From the NCBI GenBank assembly GCA_964187785.1, contig OZ076409.1:57662001-57726000 (forward strand): a stretch of 64,000 nt of DNA, written 5' to 3'. Positions 52,709 to 62,505 of the stretch are shown piece after piece. The translations under genes were made by a program, and so were the position numbers. The stretch is from Amphiscolops sp. MND2022. Its lineage: Eukaryota. Every line of letters starts with the position of its first letter. The first letter of the stretch is position 1. Under the pieces are notes generated by a model. It was not told the origin of the DNA. It worked only from the letters and a program-made list of their open reading frames with translations, and did not search any database.

Positions 52709-53078
52709 TTTTTTAGTCGGCGCTTTTGCGTAAAAAACGCAGACTATAGTAGTGACTTTTCTTTTTTTAAGACCAACGAAGTGACAGATTTCATAAGCTC
52801 TGTAAGCTGACTTGAACTAACACTAAATGCCACACTACTTCTACTGGCACTTGAGATAGAGATTAATTAGGCTTTTTTGAGGCCCCTTCTACATTTTTCG
52901 ACACATGCGACTTATCGGAGACCACAAAAAATTGAAAAAAAAACTTCGAAAAAATGGGGATTTTTTTCAATTTTTTCCTCATGCGGGTACTGTAGAAGAG
53001 AATACTTGACACTTTGAAGTCATTTTCCTATTTTTGAGCCTTAGATATGGCGCCGACTTGGGCCGTTCCCGGCTTGTT
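52709..53078 (+). mobile_element. Helentron-like family A copy inserted in a (GTTT)n run
   Basis: ttttttagtcggcgctttt..cgcagactat start; ggcgccgacttg-gGCCG-TTCC-CGGC-ttgtt end. Confidence 0.75.
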
Positions 53079-53380
53079 GTTTGTTTGCTTTGACAGCTAT
53101 ATTTACTCCGGAGCACAGCCTAAAGGAGTGTTTCCAAAGAATGGAGCATAAAACTCAACTTTTACGTCCATTATTTCGAATTCTATTGCGAATAGGCAAT
53201 TTGGTTTCAGAAAAACATTTCCTAAAATTTGAATCTAGCTTGCAATTTCTAGCTGTTTGAAAACTCTGTGACTTCCATTGGGAAAGTCAGAGATGACCAC
53301 TCTTAACAGATGCTACTGGAAAATGAAGACACATAGTACACAAAGTACACAATAGAACTTTTGATTGTACTATTCAACAT

Positions 53381-53849
53381 TGTTAGTCGGTGTTTTTCGC
53401 AGAAAATGCAGACTATTGCACTGGTTTTTTTAAGACCGACGAAGTGACCAATTTTATAGGCGGTATAAGCAGTTGCTTCCAATAACTTGTAACTTTTACT
53501 GCCACTTGACAGAGAGGTTAATCAGGATTTTTTGAGATTTATGAAGCAGAAGGACGTGGGTTCGAGTCTCGCCCTTGGCCAAAGTTTTTTTGTGAATGTG
53601 ATTTTTCGGCTTTTTGAATCTTTTTTCTCGCAAAATTTCTTAAGGTCTCCAAAGGGTCCCTTCAATTTTTTGATCTTTTGCAACAGAATATGGTAATAAA
53701 TCCAAAAAAGTCCCCTTTTAAATTTTTCGACACCATGCGACATTTTCCGAAAGAGAAAATTTTCAAAAGCTTCAAACTTTTTTCGAAAAAATGTTTTGCA
53801 CTTTTTGAGCCTTTGATATAGCGCCGATTTTAGACGTTCTCGTCTTGTT
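53381..53849 (+). mobile_element. Helentron-like family A copy with internal tRNA-like segment
   Basis: tgttagtcggtgtttttc start; GGTTCGAGTC near 53559; gcgccgatttt-AGACG-ttct-CGTCT-tgtt end. Confidence 0.7.
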
Positions 53850-56151
53850 CAGGACGGCCAGGATTAACATGCGCTTCCGTTGCATGAGGCCTCTAAAGTA
53901 GTCACCGACACTGACTATTTATTAATTTCTGCCCATAATCCATATGGGAAAGGAAAATATTTACATCAAACGTTTTTTTTACAAAATTTGGCATGTTCCA
54001 ATTTTATATCGAAGTTCAAGTGTTCACGCATGAAATTCAACTGACGTAAACTTAGTTTAATGCGATATGTATTTGTAGAAAGTTTTTTGCTTGACCCAAA
54101 GACTCCAAAAAGACCCCTAAACTGTCTCAATTTGCGGTCTTTTCCTGAAAAAAACAGCCTTTATTCCTTCATGAATAAATGTAACATTTCTTCGGAATGC
54201 TGAAAACGTCCGAACAAGAAATAGTTCATTGTTCAGGAAGCTTTTATGATGAAAAAAAGACTCTTTTTGAAAATTTTTGAAACTTTTTTCTTTCGGAAAA
54301 GATCACATAGTGTCGAAAAATACAAAAAGGGGACCCTTTTGGATTTTTTAACATATATTCTGTTGCAAAATATCAAAAAATTGAAGAGGAACTTTTTGGA
54401 GACACTAAACAATTTTGCGAGAAAAAGTTTCGAAAAGCCGATAAAATAACAAGCACAAAAGAATTTTGGTCAAGGGCGAAACTCGAACCCACGTCCTTCT
54501 GCTTCAAAAATGTCAAAGAATCCTGATTAACCTCTCTGTCAAGGTGCAGTAGAAGTTACAAATTAGTGGAAGCGACTGCTTATAACGCTTATAAAAATTG
54601 TCACTTCGTCGTTCTTAAAAAGACGAAAAGCGTCGACTAAAAATGTTGAATAGTACAATCAAAAGTATATGTGTCTTCATTTCAGTAAACTTGACCTGAA
54701 CTTTGAAATACTAGTATTTTCGAAACACTATTCTGGAAGGAGAAGGGGTTAAAGTTCCTCGAATTCGAGATCAAAGCAGTAAAAGCTTCCTATGTTTCTT
54801 GTTTATCGAATACACACGCCCACTTTTGGACATTTGCCGAATATTTTCCTAAATTGGAAAATTCAAAGGCTCAGGCTCAAAACATGCAGAAACGAGTACG
54901 GGTTTCAAAAAAAAATTTTATTACGGCAACAAACTTACGAATTGTTGTATCCTCGAATACGTAAATATATTTTCTTTCGACGTTTTTGTTAATTAATTAT
55001 TCTTCATTGAGCTCCATACGAAATAACTACCGATGCAGTGCGGCTTTGAATGGAATAGTTTGCAGTTTTACAGATACAAAATACATGGAAATACTGTTAA
55101 AAGTCTAAAAGTGTTTTCATGCAGATGACGTTTTCAAAATGACCCATAATAAACGAAAAATTGATTGTTTCCATTTGTTGCAGTTTTCTGTGACTTTTTG
55201 TGTGAATAAACATTTCAAAATTTGGTAGGTTTGGTACTGGTAATCAATTAATCCAACAATCTTTGGAAAAAATTTGGTCCATAGCGTATTCTTGAAGTAG
55301 CCCTTTTTCATAGTGTAAGATGACCAAAATTTGCCAAAACTTTCATTCCATCAATTTTTTTTGCATTTTGATAGTTTTTTTGGCTACTTTGAGCCTCAAA
55401 ATCGTGTTGTTGTAGAACAGTGCGGTGCGGAAAATGTCCCGCTGGTCAGTGGGCGTCTTTTTTCAAACCCTAAGATCTAAAGGAGTCAAAGGTTTTCCCG
55501 TTGATTTTGACCTTTTTTTTAATTGCAAAGTCTTATAGATCATTAGTTTTTTTCGAAATCGTGCGACTATTGATTTTATTTTTCGACTATTTCATCGAGA
55601 AAAGTTTCTTTTTTGAATTTTGTTTTTTTTTCAGTATGTAAATAGTTTTTTTTTAAATCCAAAGGGTGGGTCTCCTTTGAATTTCATTGCGAGAAAAACA
55701 GTTTCCGATTCGCAATTACTTCGAGCGGAGCTCATACTTATCCCGTTCCCGGCTTGTTATTCTTTCTCCAATTAACCCTTTAACTGTGTTGAGAAAACGT
55801 ATAAGGAGATTTATAACTTTTTTTGTTATAAACTGTTATAAAGTTTGTTACACTGCTATCTTTCCGCACTGCAGAAATATTGATGTCGCACATAAAATGG
55901 CTAATTGAATTTCTCAGAAAAAGCTCCTCGGGGCATCATTTTGTGGGAATTCAAGGACCATCTCTATGGTTTTGAATAGATTTTATTCGTTACATTTTTA
56001 AAGAAATGCTGAGAATCAATATATTTGCAATGAAGAATGGCTGCATGTTCACTTAAAAAAAACTGATGGCAACAATCGCTAATCATTATCGTCAGCGTCG
56101 CTGAAATACTTTCTTCATGGTTCCTGTTAATTGTTTTTCCGGACAATGTGA

Positions 56152-56548
56152 TTTTTAGTCGACGCTTTTCTAGTGAAAAGTGCCCGACTTTTATAGTGGC
56201 TAGTTTTTTTTCGTCAGACCACAGACCTCACCTTGTACGTACCACTTTTTAGTACAGACTTCAGTCGGTTTACAGGGAACCCAGCGGTCACGGGTTCGAG
56301 TCCCTGCTTTAGCCAGAAACTTTTTCGAGCATTTGCGAAAGCGGACGAGACTGAAGGGTCCCCTCATTCATTTTTTTGACACTGTGTGACTACTTTGAAG
56401 ATTTTTTATAGTCTCCCACTTCAATTTTTTGATATTTTGCAACAAACTGGACTTTCAAAAAACCTGAAGGGTCCCTTTTTACAATTTTAAAAACTTTGGC
56501 TTTTTGAGCCTTAGATATAGCGCCGACTTTAGACGTTCCCGTCTTTTT
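56152..56548 (+). mobile_element. Helentron-like family A copy with B-box segment
   Basis: tttttagtcgacgcttttctagtgaaaagtgcccgact start; gggttcgagtccc near 56292; gcgccgacttt-AGACG-TTCC-CGTCT-tttt end. Confidence 0.75.
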
Positions 56549-56808
56549 GGCAATGTTTGCAGCTTCGTAATTTGGTTCAATGGAACTTTTGAAAGTAGCT
56601 CAAAAGACTGTGATGTCTTTTGATACAGCTAATTTTTCTCGAGTGAGCTGAAATTACACAGTAGAGTGATGAGTGAACAAACAATCATGTGCATCTCGAT
56701 CCCCAAATTCGTCCTAATGTTTTTACATGTTTTTTCGAACAAAGTTCTTAGTTATTGTATCTTTGTTGACCTGAACTACGTGATACACAAGAAGTTGATT
56801 TTGTTTTA

Positions 56809-56982
56809 CAGTCGGACCTCGATATAACGAACCATCGAAACAACGTAACTCTCATTATAAAGCAATTTGATTTCTAAAGCAAAACCAAGCAAAAAAGTAT
56901 TCGAAACAACGTACACTCTTTTTAGCATAATCTTTGAAATTGAAATTTTCCCCAAGAGGTGTGGTAAACCGAGGCCCGACTG
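56809..56982. mobile_element. pogo/Tigger-like MITE with TA TSD
   Basis: TA|CAGTCGGACCTCG ... CGAGGCCCGACTG|TA. Confidence 0.8.
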
Positions 56983-58202
56983 TATTCGAATCAGGTAGAT
57001 TCAATTCTTCGTCACTTTGTTATAACTGCGAAAACTGTCAAGCATTTGCTTCACCGTCAAATGAGAGGCGCGTGAGGCAGCGATAGTTTTATATATGAAA
57101 TATTTATAAATGGAAAAGAGATCCGGAGTGAAAGAATTTCTGGCATTCCGGAAAAATGTATTTTCTGTAATTACCTAACAAATGGAATCCAGCACCTTGT
57201 ACACCTTGAAAAATGGAGTTTTATTTGAAATCTAGAATAAAAACGAAAGAATTTATGCAATTTTCTGTTGAATTAATAATAACTTTGGTAGGATTTATTT
57301 ACATACAGGTGTTTTAGTTTCCTATAATAGATTTAATTGCACAGAGTTTCAGGATTGATTAATACAAAATAATAGTCGGACTCTTTTCCTTAAAAGAAAA
57401 GCACCGACTAAAAACAAGAGGCATCTTCGGTGGGAAGAAAAACTCAAAAATAACCAAAAAATCGAAATGCACCCTACAGCCCTTTTCTACCTTTGCGAGC
57501 ATAAAAAATTTTAGACGAGAGCAGGACTCGAACCCATCTACTCCTGCTTGCCAGGCCCTGTTGCCACGTTGAAAACTCACATTAAACTCTAGGCCTAGTG
57601 GAAAGTACTTTCAATCTTTCAACAATCATCTAATAACTATTGGCAGCAATTGTGAGTTTCCAATTTATGCTTTTCATTCAGTCCATCTGGTGTGCAAATC
57701 TGTCGAGAAATCATGTCATGCTTACATAAAGCAGACAAATAACGAAAGAAAAAGAAACGATTTTATAAATTCGGTTTACGAAAAAGTCGCAACCACAAGA
57801 CTTCCAACGCTATATATAGATCATCATTCAGCCGTTTATGGATGCAATGTAAGCATAAAACATCAAAGACTTTTTATGGATTTTTTTATTACTTTCCATG
57901 TCTGTTTTTATTTCGTTCACCTCTTTTATTCAATTTCAACAAAATGATGTTTTGAGAAAGTTTCCCCAATCTTGGCATCTTAATAATTCCTGTTGCCGTA
58001 AAGCGATGAGTACAACTGAATAAAATATGACTACATCTGTTTTCCAAAACTCCAGGACGTGCAAAGTTTCAGAAGTCCTTCAAAAATTTATGCCAGCAGA
58101 TTTAGCACTTGGAAGAGCCACAAATCTTTCAAAAAACGATTTGTCATTTTCCTCTAATTTTTTCCTTGTTAATTGGAAAACCTTAAACCGAACCTTAATC
58201 AC

Positions 58203-58690
58203 AACAAGCCGGGAACGGTACAAGTCGGCGGTCCCCGCTCAAATTGAAACATTTTGTTTATAATGCCAAACAATAACCCAATGGGTACGCATACGACTCG
58301 AAAACTCGAAACATGAAAAAAAAACAATGTTTGAGAAACATTCTCGAAATTGTTTGTCCGAAAAAAGACTCAAAGTGTCGAAAACCCATTAAAAAGAACT
58401 TATAATTTCTCAAAATGCTTTTTCCAAGCCGCAAACTTCTTAGAAAGTAAAGGGGGTGAACACTTGACCGAGTGAACTTTTTTCCAAAGAGTCGCAAAGT
58501 GCCAAAAACCCCTCTACTTTTACAAGCTTTAAAAGTTTTTGGCCCAGCGCAGGATTCGATACACGTACATCTGAATCCAGCCACTGTCGAACCCACTGTG
58601 AATACTAAGCCAAGTGGCGGGAGCATGTTAGCAAGTTAGTTGGAAGTTACAGAATTTATAGGAATATGTCAGTTCGCTGGTCTTGAAAAA
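58203..58690 (-). mobile_element. Helentron-like family A copy, 5' end lost
   Basis: Plus strand aacaagccgggaacggtacaagtcggcgg; tRNA-like segment at about 58545-58620 on the minus strand. Confidence 0.55.
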
Positions 58691-59026
58691 AGTGATTTTT
58701 TTTTCTGTTTCCCCTTCCACCTGGTCATTGTCCACCTGATTCATTGTCAGAAAAGTGGAAAAAATTATTCCAAAGAGTCCTATTGCGCATAAAGTTAACT
58801 TCCTGTATCAGAAAAAATTTAATATGGATTATTTATTGACAGGTAAAAAACATTTAATAAAATTCTTGCTAAAATTTTCCAACGTAGGGGGAAACTGGGA
58901 AAAAGCTAAAAAAGAAAAGGCACAACCATAATCTGCGTTTTCTCTCGAAAGCATCAACTAAAAATTTGGAACAAATCCAACTCAAAATTCCAACGATAAC
59001 ATTACCAGGAAGATAACTGATGAATA

Positions 59027-59575
59027 CCCTAGTCGAGATTGCTCGAACTTTTTACATGCTGCATGGAAACATGCAGGCTAATTTTTTATAAAACATGGAA
59101 AATTCCGGGACCGTGCATGGAAACATTTTGTAGGATTACAATGCAGCCTTCACTATTTGAATTAAAACTGAAAACTATTCCACTTCTTCGCCGCAGCGAT
59201 CACTTTGTTTTCACGTGTAAGTTTCTCAAGTAAGTATCTTATGTAATCACCGTTAGCCAAATAGCACGCTGAATATGACGCTACTTTGAAACTTATAATG
59301 TGACTGAAAATTGTTTGCATTGAAAGCGCGGTAAAATTGATTAAGGTCTCAGCAGCTTTCAAAGTTAGAACGGCGTCTCTATGAAACCTGCAAAACGTCG
59401 CGGCGCAGAATTGCCGCCAAATTTAAGATGCATTTTATAGGCAGCTTGGTAAAATTAAATCGAATCAGTGAAGATTTAATGCATGGACATTTCTTTGACA
59501 ATTTTATAAAATCATGGAAAATTAGCTTGGTAAACTACACAAACATGTAAAAAGTTCAAGCAGTTCCAAACAGGG
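59027..59575. mobile_element. CCC...GGG MITE, full-length copy (TA/TG flanks)
   Basis: ccctagtcgagattgctcgaactttttacatg / catgtaaaaagttcaagcagttccaaacaggg; same family as 12444 and 29869. Confidence 0.8.
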
Positions 59576-59639
59576 TGTGCTGTAAAATATGCAATATTAG
59601 TGGGAAATAATGATAGATCACTATTCATATGAATAGAGG

Positions 59640-60392
59640 AACAAGACGGGAACGTCTAAAGTCGGCGCTATATCTAAGGCTCAAAAAAGCGCTAAGTTTT
59701 TAAACTTGTAAAAGGGGGGACCCTTTCAGCTTTTTGAAAATCCAGTCTGTTGCAAAATATCAAAAAAATTGAAGGAGACAATAAGAAAATTCGGAAATTT
59801 TTTTGAAAAAACTTCCGAAAAAACGAAAAATGAAAATTTTGAAACAGTCTCACAGTGCCGAAAACTAGAGAGGGGGGACCCTTTGGGCTTTTTGAAACTT
59901 CAGTTTGCTGCAAAATATCAAAAAACTTGAAGGGGGGACCGTTTGGCGACAAAAGAAAAATTTGAAAATTTTTTGAAAAAAAATCAAAAAACGAAAAATG
60001 AGAATTTTGAAAGTCTCACAGTGCCGAAAAACTAGAAAGGGGGGACCCTTTGGGTTTTTTGAAACTTCAGTTTGCTGCAAAATATCAAAAAACTTGAAGG
60101 GGGGACCGTTTGGCGACAAAAGAAAATTCGAAAAAAAAGTCGCACAGTGCCGAAAAAAATTCAAAGGGGGGACCCTGTAGTCCCGTCCGGTTTTGTATCT
60201 TACGTTAAAAATTGAGTACACGAAAGGGGGGACCCTTTGCAGTAACTCAGATGTGATTCCGTTTGCCGGTTCAGTACTTTCAGTAGTTCTGTAAAAAGTG
60301 TCCACTACGCATACATTCTGTGGTCTGACGAAAAATAAAAACTTGCCACTGTAATAGTCGGGCTCATTTTGATAAAATGCGCCGACTAAAAA
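59640..60392 (-). mobile_element. Helentron-like family A copy with near-identical internal tandem duplication
   Basis: Same termini as 21731-22313; block ggggggaccctttggg..gaaacttcagtttgctgcaaaatatcaaaaaacttgaaggggggaccgtttggcgacaaaagaaaa repeated near 59872 and 60039. Confidence 0.78.
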
Positions 60393-60946
60393 TCAGTGGA
60401 TAGCAGCAGCGACTAAAATGAAGGAATATCGGCAGAATCAGTAAATGTACCCGTAGTGAAGTCCATGGGGGCGTACTAAACACGCAATTCTGCTCGTGAA
60501 TATGAGCAATAATTACAACTAGTAAAGAAACATTTGGAGACAAAATGTTATGATAACGAGAACAAATAATTGCATTAGGTTTTAAAACATTAACCCTTAA
60601 GCTCGTAACCTTCTTAAAGTTCCTTTCTATTTTTTTAATGGGCAAATTTTGGAGGAGTAAAAGTCTGCTTGAGGAGCCTGTTCTTGGTGGGGGGGGGGGG
60701 GGGGTCTGCAAGTTATAGAATATATAGAAATGGCTCAGTTCGCTTGTTTTGAAAAAAGTGGTTCTTTTCTGTGTCCCCCACCAGGAAATATTTTACAGAA
60801 ATTTCATCGGAATTTCTAATAAGGATTTAAACTCAAACTGTCAAATTTATACAGTTTGGAATCCTTTTAGATAGAAATCACAATACAATATCTTTTCTCA
60901 AGGTGTCGTTCAAAAGATCCCATATTTCCATACTCAGATGACTCAC

Positions 60947-61166
60947 TTGAGATTTCGAGGGCTATGGCGAGGGGCATGACTGTGATTGCGACGAGGAGGT
61001 CGGCGGTGGCGAGAGACACAAGCAGGTGGTTCTGCACTTGTTGCAGACTCTTCTCCGTGTTGACTGCGTAGATGACCATGACATTGCCCACCACTGTAGT
61101 CAGGGGTACGATTGACAACACCACACTCAGCACAATCTGCTGCACACCCACGTTCCATGCTGACAC
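60947..61166 (-). CDS. Aminergic class A GPCR, exon encoding TM1-TM2
   Basis: Translates VSAWNVGVQQIVLSVVLSIVPLTTVVGNVMVIYAVNTEKSLQQVQNHLLVSLATADLLVAITVMPLAIALEIS (TM1 GN, TM2 SLAxADLLV..VMP). Preceded by TAG (probable acceptor and an in-frame stop), followed by GTGAGT donor at 60946 (phase 1). No in-frame ATG before TM1, so an upstream exon is implied. Confidence 0.9.
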
Positions 61167-62217
61167 CTACATACGTCACAGATCGGAATCTCACAGAACC
61201 TCATTGAACCTCATTTCTATCTTGTTCATGTATGAATGAATATATGCTGCGTGAAGAGTTTTCTTTTCCGTGAATGCTTATGGGATGAGATGCAGAAGCG
61301 CAGTGGCACCGCAACATTTTCTATACTTCGACAATCAATTTTTGTTTTCATTATGGGCAAAGCAAAAAAAAGCAAAAATTTTGTTATTCCTACCACTGGG
61401 CTGAATAATCAAAAGAGAACTAAAATTTTGTTGCAACAATATGTATTCTAACAAGAGGCACATTGATTCACTGATTGATCTCGAAAACAGTTAGGACTAA
61501 CAAGTGATCAAAAATCAGTGAAAAATCGACGTCTGTTCAATTTTTCTGATTTTTCCATTTAGATTACGGAAAAAACTGCTTACAAAAGCTTAGATTTCAG
61601 AGATAATTGGCCTGTGGAGAATTAGGAGAAAACTTGAACGAAAACTAGAAATTTGAAATACCAAGTGAATTGTAATGTTGTTTGATAGAATGAAGGTTCC
61701 ATTTTTTCATTAGGTGATTATTCAGCTTTCATTTCTATAATTGCTTTCCTCATTATCAAGAAAGTGGACATACATCAAGGAAGCGGAAAATATCACCTTT
61801 CGCACAATATACTGACATCATCCTTTATAGTGATACCTTATTCCCTAGACTGCTAACTGAACTGATAATCAACCCACCAGTTCAATATGATCGCAGCTTT
61901 AGTGCGATGACTTGAGTTCGAAGACTCACAATGATGGCTTGAGTTTTTCATTCTGCTTATTTGACTGAACTGACAAATAGATTTTGATTGCGAATTGCTT
62001 TGTCGGAGGCGTTTCTGTATCAGAGTCTCCAAAGGCCTATCAAAATACCGAATAAACGCAAAACGCATCATAAAAGAAAATATTTTATTAAAACGTCAGA
62101 AAAGTTGCAACAAAAGAGTCTATCGAAGAGAAGTAAATTTTTCCCAAAGATGTTTGTTCAGCGAGAACTTCACTAATGTTCACTGCGTTCAAACGTACTT
62201 GTTGTCAGCTTCTTTTA

Positions 62218-62250
62218 CAGTCGAATACGTTCTCTATAAGTATTCGACTG
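62218..62250. mobile_element. 33-bp minimal Tc1/pogo-type TIR remnant
   Basis: TA|CAGTCGAATAC-11 nt-GTATTCGACTG|TA, perfect 11-bp arms. Confidence 0.6.
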
Positions 62251-62505
62251 TATACTTTTTCTTCTCAGACCCATAAAAATTTCTTCTTGTTAGAAATCTC
62301 GAGCTAGATTCTTTCAAGTGTTTGAAAGAAAAAGCATACAATGAAAATTGAACTATACTGACTCAAGCCGCGTAACAGTGTATATGAATTCACAACGAGA
62401 GTGAAATTGGACAACAACAATTGATTGACGTGAACTTAAATTAGAATGCGCCTTTTCGGTCATTTCGCAGAACTGCTGTCAATTTCACTGAAAGATACTA
62501 CGTTT

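Noticed and set aside
53500..53580. tRNA genes at GGTTCGAGTC motifs
   Set aside because: I could not fold a cloverleaf, and the motifs sit inside dispersed repeats; treated as tRNA-derived segments.
60689..60704. G16 homopolymer (possible G-quadruplex; poly-Pro ORF on the minus strand)
   Set aside because: Simple repeat of uncertain length; no support for function.
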